64,000 nucleotides of DNA from a virus (lineage: Duplodnaviria > Caudoviricetes), in IMG/VR virus record IMGVR_UViG_2823592041_000002, positions 64,001-128,000 of that record; one strand, given 5' to 3'. A program made the translations under genes and the position numbers. Shown here one piece after another: positions 20,322-29,131 of the stretch. The notes under the pieces are model-generated. The model saw nothing but the letters and a program-made list of their open reading frames with translations, had not been told where the DNA came from and made no database searches. Position 1 is the stretch's first letter; every line of letters starts with the position of its first letter.

Positions 20322-20809
20322 AATTATTTGAAGAACTTGAAGATGAAGTTAAATTTGACGATGAGGATTATTCAAAAGAGAGTTATTGTCCATTTAAGTT
20401 CTTTTTGGGTTCTATAAATATAACCAAAGAGAATGTTTTGTTGGATGATAGTAATGGTAAGATAGAGGAAGCATACAATCCTTTTATTATTAATAAGACT
20501 TTATCATACTTTCCCGATACCATTATGCAGTCCAATACAATGAACCAATTTTTCGATATTGACAAGAAGTTGCAATATGAGTTTTTACTAAATAGTATTA
20601 GAAAGAAAAAAAGATTTAGTAGATGGATTAAGTCAAACATTGAGGAGAATGTTGACACCGTAAAGCAATATTACAAAGTTGGAAACGAAAAGGCTGTTGA
20701 AATATTATCTTTACTTAATGATGAACAAATATCTATAATAAAAAGTGAATTGAGTGAAGGTGGAGTAAGTGGAAGAAGAAACAATAGTACAAGGATTCGT
20801 GGAGATTAA
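20318..20809 (+). CDS. gp62: Clamp loader, small subunit
   Basis: Y.PFIINK.LSYF.DT, QY.FL.NS.RKKKRFS.W; position between gp44 and regA. Confidence 0.9.
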   Translation: MKLFEELEDEVKFDDEDYSKESYCPFKFFLGSINITKENVLLDDSNGKIEEAYNPFIINKTLSYFPDTIMQSNTMNQFFDIDKKLQYEFLLNSIRKKKRFSRWIKSNIEENVDTVKQYYKVGNEKAVEILSLLNDEQISIIKSELSEGGVSGRRNNSTRIRGD

Positions 20810-21167
20810 ATTGAGGAAGTCCGAAGATTTTCTGAAGATTAAAGAAACCTTAACAAGAATCGGGATACCTTCTATAAAAGAAAGAAAGTTGTATCAATCT
20901 TGTCATATTTTACATAAAAGAGGTAAATATTATATTGTTCATTTTAAAGAATTATTTAAACTAGACGGAAAAAATACGGAAATTGAAGAAGAAGATATTC
21001 AGAGAAGAAATTTAATTTGTTCCCTCTTAGAAGAGTGGGAGTTGGTTGAATTAGTTGATAAAAATAAAATTGAAGATAAACTTCATATAAAAAAAATAAA
21101 AATAATTCCATTCTCAAAAAAGAGTGAATGGGAACTTATAGCAAAATATAATATTGGTAAATATTGA
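20769..21167 (+). CDS. regA: Translational repressor
   Basis: DFLKIKETLTRIG, LYQSCHILHKRG.YYIVHFKELF.LDG, W.L..KYNIG; GTG start. Confidence 0.96.
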   Translation: MEEETIVQGFVEIKLRKSEDFLKIKETLTRIGIPSIKERKLYQSCHILHKRGKYYIVHFKELFKLDGKNTEIEEEDIQRRNLICSLLEEWELVELVDKNKIEDKLHIKKIKIIPFSKKSEWELIAKYNIGKY

Positions 21168-21180
21168 CATTAAATTTGAT

Positions 21181-21281
21181 TCTGACTTTGTGAGGTCAGA
21201 CTTATAAACTAAACAAAGATGCCGATTTTCGGGTCTTTATTACTCAACTTGCTTATTTAAGGAGTTGACCAAGGAGTTATT
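21181..21281 (+). promoter_or_regulatory. Structured 5' leader of hsp20 (three hairpins, duplicated SD)
   Basis: Hairpins TCTGACTT/AGGTCAGA, AAAGATGCCGA/TCGGGTCTTT and TCAACTTGCTT/AAGGAGTTGA, followed by a second AAGGAGTT. Confidence 0.5.
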
Positions 21282-21686
21282 ATGCAAATGTCGAAATTTT
21301 TTGAGTTGGCGATTGCTGACAGTTTTTTAAAGGACAGTTTCAGTTTCAAGGCTGAATCTAGTTATTATCCCCCACACAACATTTTAAAACATAACGATAA
21401 TAAGTTTGTTTTGGAAATTGCTGTTGCTGGTTTTAAACAAGAAGATTTAAATGTCATTTTAGACAAAAACACTTTAATTGTTACAGGTGATAGGAGAAAA
21501 GATCAAAATTCTGATTCTTTTGATTATCTTCATAAAGGTATTGGAACTAGAAGTTTTAACAAATCTTTCGTTTTGGAAAGATATTTAATAGTGAAAGATG
21601 TAAAACTTTCTGATGGGATTTTAAAAATAGTTCTAGAAAGAGTTGTGCCTGAAGAGGAACAACCCAGAATTCTAGAAATAGGATAA
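21282..21686 (+). CDS. hsp20: Small heat-shock protein (Hsp20/IbpA-like)
   Basis: YPPHNI, LEIAVAGF, YLHKGIG.RSF...F.L, DGIL.I.LER.VPEE..PR. Confidence 0.95.
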   Translation: MQMSKFFELAIADSFLKDSFSFKAESSYYPPHNILKHNDNKFVLEIAVAGFKQEDLNVILDKNTLIVTGDRRKDQNSDSFDYLHKGIGTRSFNKSFVLERYLIVKDVKLSDGILKIVLERVVPEEEQPRILEIG

Positions 21687-21700
21687 CAAAATTTAAACAC

Positions 21701-21724
21701 GGTGAGGGGGTAAAACCTCTCACC
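21701..21724 (+). terminator. Hairpin / possible terminator after hsp20
   Basis: GGTGAGGGG-GTAAAA-CCTCTCACC; weak U tract. Confidence 0.5.
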
Positions 21725-21732
21725 TATATATT

Positions 21733-22230
21733 ATGATGCACACAAATTTTATTTTATTAATGACAATATTTTTATGTAACAGTTTTTATTCAGATTTTAC
21801 TTTTGAAAAACCCTCAAGAACTGTTGACAGAGTTTTTATCCATTGTAGCGATAGTGACTGGAAACACCACGATGACATTTCTGTTATTAGAAAATGGCAT
21901 GTAGACCAGAACGGTTGGGATCAAGTTGGATACCATTATTTTATAAAAAGAAATGGGACCATTCAAAAAGGTAGAAGTTTAGAACTCACACCTTCAGCTC
22001 AAAAAAGACATAATGTTAGAACAATAGCTATATGCCTACACGGTAGAAAAAAATTCACAAAAAAACAATTTAAATCTTTGAGAAAATTATGCTCAGAGAT
22101 TCAAAAATCATATAAAGGTAAGGTGACTTTCCATGGACATAAGGAAGTTGCTAGAGAAAAAACTTGTCCAAATTTTGATTACGTTAAAGTGTTGAACCTA
22201 GATGGCCACGGACGTATGAAGGGAATATAA
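21733..22230 (+). CDS. N-acetylmuramoyl-L-alanine amidase (T7 lysozyme/Amidase_2 type) with hydrophobic N-terminus
   Basis: FIHCS, GYHY.I, IAICL.G, HGHKE, KTCP zinc-amidase motifs. Confidence 0.9.
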   Translation: MMHTNFILLMTIFLCNSFYSDFTFEKPSRTVDRVFIHCSDSDWKHHDDISVIRKWHVDQNGWDQVGYHYFIKRNGTIQKGRSLELTPSAQKRHNVRTIAICLHGRKKFTKKQFKSLRKLCSEIQKSYKGKVTFHGHKEVAREKTCPNFDYVKVLNLDGHGRMKGI

Positions 22231-22231
22231 A

Positions 22232-22531
22232 ATGAATATTTATGCGATGAGACTAAAAACAGGTGAGGAAGTGATTTTTAGAACAGAGACTAACTTTACA
22301 ACGTTGGTTGAATCTATTAATCAGAATATTCTAATTAAAGTTGAGAAGCCTGTAACTATGTTGCCAGTTGAAAATAAAGTGACTTTTGTACCTTGGGTTT
22401 TCTTTGCAAAAGAAGATTCCTTTACAGTTAGCACACAAGATGTTGTTTTATTTTATCACGCACAAGACCAGATAGAAGGTGAATATAGGAGAATGACTAG
22501 CGGTATTATTACCAGCCCATCTTTAGCATAA
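22232..22531 (+). CDS. Conserved T4-like hypothetical protein upstream of gp43
   Basis: RLKTGEEVI, F.PW..F, EY.RM.SGII motifs of the small Sm-like family seen before gp43 in marine T4-likes (recall). Confidence 0.6.
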   Translation: MNIYAMRLKTGEEVIFRTETNFTTLVESINQNILIKVEKPVTMLPVENKVTFVPWVFFAKEDSFTVSTQDVVLFYHAQDQIEGEYRRMTSGIITSPSLA

Positions 22532-22534
22532 CAC

Positions 22535-22563
22535 TTGACTTTTCCGTTTTATTTTATTATAAT
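22535..22563 (+). promoter_or_regulatory. Sigma70-type early promoter
   Basis: TTGACT-17 nt-TATAAT upstream of gp43. Confidence 0.75.
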
Positions 22564-22583
22564 AGTAAAAGAAAAGAGGTTTT

Positions 22584-25055
22584 ATGCGTTTCTATACGTC
22601 AGTTAATTCCGTCAATGACAAAATGTGTGTCAGAGGTTTTGTCAACGGTAAAAGATTTATTGATAGAGTTCCCTATCAACCTGCTATGTTTATGAAATGT
22701 AATGCAAGTGAGGTTACAAAATATAAAGATATCTATGGCAACCCCCTAAAGAAGATTGTCTTCCAAGGTCTTCAAGAAGCTAAAGATAAGTGTTTCCAAA
22801 AGACTACAAGAGAAGATTATCATGGGATGGCAAACTTTGAGTATTCTTATATTTCTGACAATTACCCAGAAGATATAGAATTTGATCCTAAATTGGTGAA
22901 GAAACTATATCTCGATATTGAGGTTTCTTCTGAGAATGGTTTTCCAAAACCAGAAGAAGCTTCAGAACCTGTAACTGCAATTACGGTTTCTGATGGTAAG
23001 AGGTACTTTGTTTTTGGGTTGAAAGATTACAAACCACACAAAGAGAATATCCATTATAAGAAGTGTAGTTCAGAACATGAATTGTTATATTACTTTGTCA
23101 AGTTTTGGGTTGGTTTTGAGGTTGATATTATTACAGGCTGGAACACTAAGTATTTCGATATCCCATATCTTGTCAACCGCATCAAAGCACTTTTAGGTGA
23201 TAGGGAATCTAAAAAACTGTCACCATTCGGTGTTATTCGTGAACGAACTGTCCAGAAACATGCAAACCTTTCAGTGCAAACTTACAATCTTTTAGGTGTT
23301 TCCGATTTAGATTATCTTGAAATGTACAGAAAGTTTACATTCTCTAATCAAGAAAGTTACAGACTTGATCATATTGCTTCTGTTGAGCTTGGTGAAAAGA
23401 AACTGGACTACTCTGAGTATGAAGGACTTTTTGACCTTTATGAAAAAGACTATCAGAAGTTTGTTGAATATAATGTGAAAGACGTTGAGTTGATTGTTCG
23501 ACTTGAAGAGAAACTTGGTTTCATCGAAATGGTGCAGACGATGGCTTATGATGCAAAAGTGAATTATGATGACACTTTTTATCAAGTTCGTATGTGGGAT
23601 GTTATTATCTTCAATGCACTAAGAAAAAAGAATGTTGTAGTTCCACCAAAAATCAAACAACCAAGTCAACCATTTGAAGGCGCTTATGTTAAAGAACCTA
23701 AGTCTGGATACTATGAATGGGTGACTTCTTTTGACTTGAACTCTCTATATCCCCACATCATTATGCAATGGAACAGCTCACCCGAAACTCTTAAAAGAAA
23801 AAATGAACATGTTACTGTGAATGATTTACTCAATCAGGTCTATGAACCAGACATAAATGACAAGGAGTCTATGATGGCTAATGGTTCTGTTTATGACAGG
23901 ACTAAGACTGGTATTCTACCTGCCCTGATGTCTAAAATGTATCAGGATAGGAAAATATACAAGAAAGAGATGATCAAGTTACAGAAGGAGTATGAGAGAA
24001 CCAAAGACCATAAAACTAAGATGTTGGCAGACAAGTATTACAATCTTCAGTTAGTTAAGAAGATTCAATTGAACTCTGCTTATGGTGCGATTGGAAACAG
24101 GTTCTTTAGATTCTTTGATGTTCGTATTGCAGAAGGTATCACAACATCTGGACAGTTAGTTATTCGATGGGCTGAGAAAAAGATGAACGAGTTTCTAAGT
24201 AAGAGATTTGGTAACGATGAAAAAGATTTCGTAATTGCTTCTGACACAGATTCTCTTTATCTTGATCTTTCGGATTATGTCAAAGAGATGGACACCAAAG
24301 ACAAAACAGAAATCACCGACAAACTGAATTTGATTTCACAGAACGAGATTCAGCCGTACATGGAACAGTTCTATGATGAATTGAAAGATTATCTGAATTG
24401 TCCAAAACAAAAGATGGTTATGGAACGAGAAGTGATTGCTGATCAGGGTATATGGATTGGTAAGAAACACTACGTTCTCAATGTTCTTGATTCAGAGGGT
24501 GTTCGTTATGAAAAACCCAAACTCAAGATGATGGGTATATCTGCGGTGAAGAGTTCCACACCAGCTATCTGTCGTGATAATATTAAGAAGTCGATTGATA
24601 TTTTGATGAATGGTAATCAAGAGGAATTGTTTGATTTTCTTGAAACCGCAAAAGAAAACTTCATGAAAGCTAATCCAGAGGATGTGATGTTTCCAAGGGG
24701 TGTCAATAATCTAAAAAAGTATGCGGATAGGGATACACTTTACACAAAAGGTACTCCAATACATGTTAAAGGTTCCTTGTTGTTCAATAAATACTTAGTC
24801 GAAAAGAACCTTGATAAAAAGTATGAAAAGATAGAAGAAGGTGAAAAGATCAAGTTCTGTTATCTAAAACAACCCAACCCAATATTCGATACTGTTTTTG
24901 CAGTCAAGAATGTCCTACCAAAAGAGTTTGGATTGGAAGAGTTTATCGACTATGAAAAACAATGGGAGAAAGCTTTCCTTGAATCTGTTGAAGATATTGT
25001 TGATGCTAGAGGTTGGAAGACAAAAAAATCTTCAAGTTTGTTTGACTTTTTCTAA
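22584..25055 (+). CDS. gp43: Family B DNA polymerase
   Basis: DIEV exonuclease motif, FDLNSLYPHII, KIQLNSAYG, SDTDS, KKHY; uninterrupted. Confidence 0.99.
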   Translation: MRFYTSVNSVNDKMCVRGFVNGKRFIDRVPYQPAMFMKCNASEVTKYKDIYGNPLKKIVFQGLQEAKDKCFQKTTREDYHGMANFEYSYISDNYPEDIEFDPKLVKKLYLDIEVSSENGFPKPEEASEPVTAITVSDGKRYFVFGLKDYKPHKENIHYKKCSSEHELLYYFVKFWVGFEVDIITGWNTKYFDIPYLVNRIKALLGDRESKKLSPFGVIRERTVQKHANLSVQTYNLLGVSDLDYLEMYRKFTFSNQESYRLDHIASVELGEKKLDYSEYEGLFDLYEKDYQKFVEYNVKDVELIVRLEEKLGFIEMVQTMAYDAKVNYDDTFYQVRMWDVIIFNALRKKNVVVPPKIKQPSQPFEGAYVKEPKSGYYEWVTSFDLNSLYPHIIMQWNSSPETLKRKNEHVTVNDLLNQVYEPDINDKESMMANGSVYDRTKTGILPALMSKMYQDRKIYKKEMIKLQKEYERTKDHKTKMLADKYYNLQLVKKIQLNSAYGAIGNRFFRFFDVRIAEGITTSGQLVIRWAEKKMNEFLSKRFGNDEKDFVIASDTDSLYLDLSDYVKEMDTKDKTEITDKLNLISQNEIQPYMEQFYDELKDYLNCPKQKMVMEREVIADQGIWIGKKHYVLNVLDSEGVRYEKPKLKMMGISAVKSSTPAICRDNIKKSIDILMNGNQEELFDFLETAKENFMKANPEDVMFPRGVNNLKKYADRDTLYTKGTPIHVKGSLLFNKYLVEKNLDKKYEKIEEGEKIKFCYLKQPNPIFDTVFAVKNVLPKEFGLEEFIDYEKQWEKAFLESVEDIVDARGWKTKKSSSLFDFF

Positions 25056-25070
25056 AATATATGTTATTAT
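25042..25070 (+). promoter_or_regulatory. Sigma70-type promoter with extended -10
   Basis: TTGACT-17 nt-TATTAT with a TG extension, upstream of uvsX. Confidence 0.6.
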
Positions 25071-25091
25071 AGTTTTATAGGAGTAAAAAAT

Positions 25092-26108
25092 ATGGATTTT
25101 AGTAATATTGTTTCTGCTGCTGGTAATGAGTTTGCACAGAATGCCAGTGATATGGATGAAACACAATCATATATTGATACTGGGAGTTATACTCTCAATG
25201 CAATAATTTCTGGTTCAATTTACAAAGGATTGCCAGGAAATAAAGTTACCGCATATGCAGGGGAACAGGCAACAGGAAAGACCTTTTTTGTTTTCGAGGC
25301 TGTGAAGAACTTTCTACAATCTAATACAGATGGTAGAGTTCTATTTTTTGAAACTGAGAATGCCTTGGAGAAGGGGATGTTCGACTCTCGTGGAATTGAT
25401 TCTTCCAGAATAACTATCTTTCCTGTTGCCACTATTGAAGAATTCAAGTCACAAGCAGTCAGAATACTTGATGCTTATCTTGCTGTAAAAGAAAAAGATA
25501 GACCCCCTCTATTGATGTGTCTTGATTCTTTGGGTATGTTATCAACTGCAAAAGAGGTGAATGATACAACAACAGGTTCTGATAAAGCAGATTTCACAAG
25601 ACCAAAATTAATCAGATCCGCTTTCCGAGTTCTCACCCTCAAACTTGGAAGAGCAAACGTCCCTCTCCTAATTACCAACCATACTTACACCAGTGTTGGT
25701 AGTTTTATTCCTACTCAAACTTCTGCTGGAGGTGGTGGATTAAAATATGCTGCCTCCAGTATTGTCCTTCTGAGTAAGAAACAAGTCAAAGAAGGGACGG
25801 AGAAAGTCGGAAATATAGTAAAGATAAAAATGGAGAAATCCAGATTTACCAAAGAAGGTTCATCTATAGAAACTAAAATTGACTTTGAAAAGGGTCTTGA
25901 TAGATATCATGGGATGATTGAACTTGGTTTAGAAGCAGGAGTATTTCAAAAGAGTGGTAACAGGATTCTGGTCGGAGAATCTAAACTCTACCCAAAAGCA
26001 ATCTATGATGACCCAGAAAAGTATTTCACAAAAGAAATACTTGACACAATAGATGAATATGTGATAAAAAGATATAGTTACGGAACAACAGATACAACGG
26101 AGGAATAA
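25092..26108 (+). CDS. uvsX: RecA-like recombinase
   Basis: IDTGSY.LNA.ISGS, GEQATGKT, LDSLG.LST.KE, TNHTY, GG.GLKYAAS. Confidence 0.96.
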   Translation: MDFSNIVSAAGNEFAQNASDMDETQSYIDTGSYTLNAIISGSIYKGLPGNKVTAYAGEQATGKTFFVFEAVKNFLQSNTDGRVLFFETENALEKGMFDSRGIDSSRITIFPVATIEEFKSQAVRILDAYLAVKEKDRPPLLMCLDSLGMLSTAKEVNDTTTGSDKADFTRPKLIRSAFRVLTLKLGRANVPLLITNHTYTSVGSFIPTQTSAGGGGLKYAASSIVLLSKKQVKEGTEKVGNIVKIKMEKSRFTKEGSSIETKIDFEKGLDRYHGMIELGLEAGVFQKSGNRILVGESKLYPKAIYDDPEKYFTKEILDTIDEYVIKRYSYGTTDTTEE

Positions 26109-27493
26109 TGCGAGTTGAGAGAATCATATTATCGGGGATTCTCAAGAACGATTCTTATAGAAGGAAAGCTTTACCCCATCTTCATGAAGAATATTTTCAT
26201 GATAAAAAAGAATTGAATATTTTTTCAATAGTGAATAAACACATTTCAAAATATAAGAGTGCCCCTGTAAAAGACGAATTATTGACGGAAGTTCAAACAA
26301 TCCAAATGACAGACAAAGATGTTGAAGATTGTCAGGTGATTGCATCTGATCTTTTTGACATTGAAACTTCTGATGAACAATGGTTGTTAGAAAAAACCGA
26401 GAAGTGGTGTCAAGAAAAGTCTGTATATAATGCGGTTATGGAGTCTATTTCCATTATTGATGGTTCTGTGGATAAAAACAAAAACACCATTCCAGATATC
26501 CTTAAACAAGCTCTTGCAGTCACGTTCAAGATAGAACTTGGGCATGATTACATAGAAGATGCTGATGCTAGATTTGAGTATTACAACAAGAAAGACGAGA
26601 AGAAAATACCCTTTGGAATTGACTTGTTCAACAAAGTCACAAGAGGTGGTATTGCTTCTAAGACTTTGAATGTTGTTATGGCAGGAACTAATGTTGGTAA
26701 GTCTTTCTTTATGACTGACTTTGCTTCACATTGTCTTGCTAATCAAAAGAATGTTCTGTATATCACTCTTGAAATGAGTGAAGAAGAACTTGCTAGAAGG
26801 ATTGATGCTAACTTATTAAACATAAAAATAAATGAACTTGATGAAGTCCCTACAACCCTCCTACAAAAGAAGTTAGAGGAAAAGAGTAGGAACATTAAAG
26901 GTAAATTAATATTTAAAGAGTTTCCGACAGGTAGAGGTAGTGCAGCTGATTTCAATAAATTGCTTGATGAACTTGAATTGAAAAAGGGATTCAAACCCGA
27001 TATACTTTTTGTTGACTATATTAACATCTGTGCTTCCTCTACACTTGCATCTAGATTTAAAGCGGACAAGTATTTGTATATCAAAACGATTGCGGAAGAG
27101 TTGAGAGGTTTGGCTGTAGAAAAAGATATTCCTATCTTTACTGCGACACAAACAAATAGAGAAGGTTATGGTGATTCAGACCCAGATTTGACTAATACGA
27201 GTGAATCATGGGGTCTACCTGCCACTGCTGACTTTATGTTTGCGATGATGACAGATGATCAATTGGAAGAACTTTCACAGTTTAGAATCAAACAACTCAA
27301 GAACAGATACAATCGTAAAGACTCTAATAAGAGATTTTGTATTGGGTATGATTTGATGAAGATGAGGCTTTTTGATATTGACGATAGTAATGTAGGTTCC
27401 GTATCTACAGGAGAAGAAGGTGAAACTCCCAGTAATGGTAGCAACTTTCTTCAAAAGAAAAAGACGCTGGATTTCTCTGGAATTTCAGTTTGA
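26108..27493 (+). CDS. gp41: Replicative DnaB-like helicase
   Basis: GHDY, AGTNVGKS, YITLEM, VDYINIC, ATQTNR, SESWGLPATAD, QLKNRY. Confidence 0.97.
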   Translation: MRVERIILSGILKNDSYRRKALPHLHEEYFHDKKELNIFSIVNKHISKYKSAPVKDELLTEVQTIQMTDKDVEDCQVIASDLFDIETSDEQWLLEKTEKWCQEKSVYNAVMESISIIDGSVDKNKNTIPDILKQALAVTFKIELGHDYIEDADARFEYYNKKDEKKIPFGIDLFNKVTRGGIASKTLNVVMAGTNVGKSFFMTDFASHCLANQKNVLYITLEMSEEELARRIDANLLNIKINELDEVPTTLLQKKLEEKSRNIKGKLIFKEFPTGRGSAADFNKLLDELELKKGFKPDILFVDYINICASSTLASRFKADKYLYIKTIAEELRGLAVEKDIPIFTATQTNREGYGDSDPDLTNTSESWGLPATADFMFAMMTDDQLEELSQFRIKQLKNRYNRKDSNKRFCIGYDLMKMRLFDIDDSNVGSVSTGEEGETPSNGSNFLQKKKTLDFSGISV

Positions 27494-27500
27494 GGTTATT

Positions 27501-28094
27501 ATGATAAATGTGATTTTTGATTTTGAATCTTTAGGGTTAAATGAAAATAGTGTATTGTTAAGTTTGGGTGTCCTAGCTTTTGACCCTAGTGATTATGATA
27601 TTGCTGGTGATGGTGTAGAGACAACGTTCAATAAACTTTTACAACAAGGTTTGTATATTAAACTTGACGCAAAAGATCAAATGAGAACTTATGATAGACA
27701 TATAAACAAGTCAACTCTTCTATGGTGGACTGAACAGAATGAAGAAGCTGGTCAAGTACTGAAAAGATGTGACGATGATGTTAAGCTTCCTGATATGGAA
27801 AACCTTCTGAATGAATATCTTGAAATGAACGGTGTTACAAGAAATACACCAGTCTGGTCAAGGGGTTATACAGAACCTATGTGGTATGAATCTGTAAAAC
27901 TCAATCTGAATACTTATGGATCGTTCAGACATTATCAGTATCGTGATATTAGAACTCTTTTGAATGTTTCTATAGAAGATAAATACTTGAGTAGAAACCA
28001 TATAAATACTATTGAACATCCTGTAAGTTTTATAAAACATAATGCTCTACACGATGTATGTTTTGATGCAGTTCAATTTTTATGTACTCAATAA
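27501..28094 (+). CDS. dexA: DEDDh 3'-5' exonuclease (DexA-like)
   Basis: FDFESLG, T..WW, VWSRG, RDIRT, HNALHD; GAGG SD before ATG 27501. Confidence 0.75.
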   Translation: MINVIFDFESLGLNENSVLLSLGVLAFDPSDYDIAGDGVETTFNKLLQQGLYIKLDAKDQMRTYDRHINKSTLLWWTEQNEEAGQVLKRCDDDVKLPDMENLLNEYLEMNGVTRNTPVWSRGYTEPMWYESVKLNLNTYGSFRHYQYRDIRTLLNVSIEDKYLSRNHINTIEHPVSFIKHNALHDVCFDAVQFLCTQ

Positions 28095-28100
28095 CTAAAA

Positions 28101-28139
28101 AAGTATTGACATTGTAGTCAATATTTGGTATTATAAATA
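28101..28139 (+). promoter_or_regulatory. Sigma70 promoter overlapped by an operator-like palindrome and a late TATAAATA
   Basis: TTGACA(28106)-17-TATTAT with TG; AAGTATTGAC-N6-GTCAATATTT inverted repeat; TATAAATA at 28132. Confidence 0.75.
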
Positions 28140-28177
28140 CTATATGTGAGAATAAAATACTTACGAGTGATAAAACT

Positions 28178-28235
28178 TAGGTTTACGTATAAAAGCTAAA
28201 AGACCTATTAATGTCGAAAGACGGAAGATTAAATT
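28178..28235 (+). promoter_or_regulatory. Structured leader, divergent copy A
   Basis: TAGGTTT-loop-AGACCTA, TTAA, TGTC-GAAA-GACG, purine-rich SD region, AAATTATG. Confidence 0.65.
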
Positions 28236-28742
28236 ATGAAGAATGTAATTATTTTAGGCGATGTTTGCACGTTTGATATCAATATTGAACATTTGTTTGA
28301 GTTAAACCCTTATGATGAAGATGAAATAGTGAGGCTTCTAGGGTTTCCAGAGGAGTTAATTCGATATTGTTCTGGGTTGATTCCATTACATGTTGTCAAT
28401 GCATTATACTCAATTCCAGATGATCAATATTCATTACAAACAATCGCTGATGAAATGGATTTATCTTACGGCAACATTATTTCAAAAAACATTGGTGATC
28501 TTAGTTATCTCGAATTGGGTAGTTGTGGGTTCAGTTCCAGTAGTTCCAAAAATATTTGGCAGAAATCTAAAATAGACACCAATGGTGTTTATAAAAGCCA
28601 TTGCGGCGATCCAGATTTAGATTACAAAATGAAAATAACCGACACAAACAATAAGTTTGAATTCATTTTATATCCATATTCGATAGTAGGATTAAGAGAT
28701 ATGAACAATCTGTCCGATTATAAGATAGCGAGATTTGATTAA
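28236..28742 (+). CDS. Hypothetical early protein
   Basis: 168-aa ORF behind a consensus promoter and leader copy A. Confidence 0.7.
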   Translation: MKNVIILGDVCTFDINIEHLFELNPYDEDEIVRLLGFPEELIRYCSGLIPLHVVNALYSIPDDQYSLQTIADEMDLSYGNIISKNIGDLSYLELGSCGFSSSSSKNIWQKSKIDTNGVYKSHCGDPDLDYKMKITDTNNKFEFILYPYSIVGLRDMNNLSDYKIARFD

Positions 28743-28762
28743 ATTAAAATAAATTTGAAAAA

Positions 28763-28796
28763 AAGTATTGACAAGTGATTGAATACTTGTTATAAT
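28763..28796 (+). promoter_or_regulatory. Consensus sigma70 promoter overlapped by an operator-like palindrome
   Basis: TTGACA(28768)-17-TATAAT(28791) with TG; AAGTATTGAC-N6-TTGAATACTT. Confidence 0.85.
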
Positions 28797-28814
28797 AGTA
28801 TATGTAAAAATAAA

Positions 28815-28874
28815 AAAATCTAGGTTTAAGTGTGAAAGCGAAAAAACCTATTAACGTTTAACGCAAAGGATAAA
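28815..28874 (+). repeat. 60-bp direct repeat / structured leader copy B
   Basis: Identical to 29070..29129. Confidence 0.95.
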
Positions 28875-28878
28875 AATT

Positions 28879-29052
28879 ATGGCTAGGCCAAAATCTAAAG
28901 AAACAATGGAAAAATTTACAATGTGTGTGCCGAAAGAAGATCTCAAAAGATATGAAGAGAACGGTGCTAGTATAGGATTGACACGCAATTCATATATCAG
29001 ATTTATGACACAATTAGGAGAAGAAACATACTCTAAAATGAGGAATAAATAG
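28879..29052 (+). CDS. Ribbon-helix-helix (CopG/Arc-like) DNA-binding protein, 57 aa, absent from the ORF track
   Basis: MARPKSKETMEKFTMCVPKEDLKRYEENGASIGLTRNSYIRFMTQLGEETYSKMRNK: RPK start, alternating beta strand FTMCV, helix, G-LTRNSYIR second helix; AAGGA SD. Confidence 0.75.
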   Translation: MARPKSKETMEKFTMCVPKEDLKRYEENGASIGLTRNSYIRFMTQLGEETYSKMRNK

Positions 29053-29069
29053 AAAAATTTACAATTGAC

Positions 29070-29129
29070 AAAATCTAGGTTTAAGTGTGAAAGCGAAAAA
29101 ACCTATTAACGTTTAACGCAAAGGATAAA
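29070..29129 (+). repeat. 60-bp direct repeat / structured leader copy C
   Basis: Identical to 28815..28874; ends just before ATG 29132. Confidence 0.95.
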
Positions 29130-29131
29130 TT

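Noticed and set aside
28178-28235. Leader as a SAM-II/SAM-V or preQ1 riboswitch (GCTAAAA motif)
   Set aside because: The motif lies inside the hairpin loop rather than in a 3' pseudoknot tail, and the other conserved cores are missing. Left unassigned pending an Rfam scan.
28815-29129. 60-bp repeats as a mini-CRISPR or transposon ends
   Set aside because: The intervening DNA is a coding gene, the repeats are direct and contain the SD, and no transposase or integrase is present.
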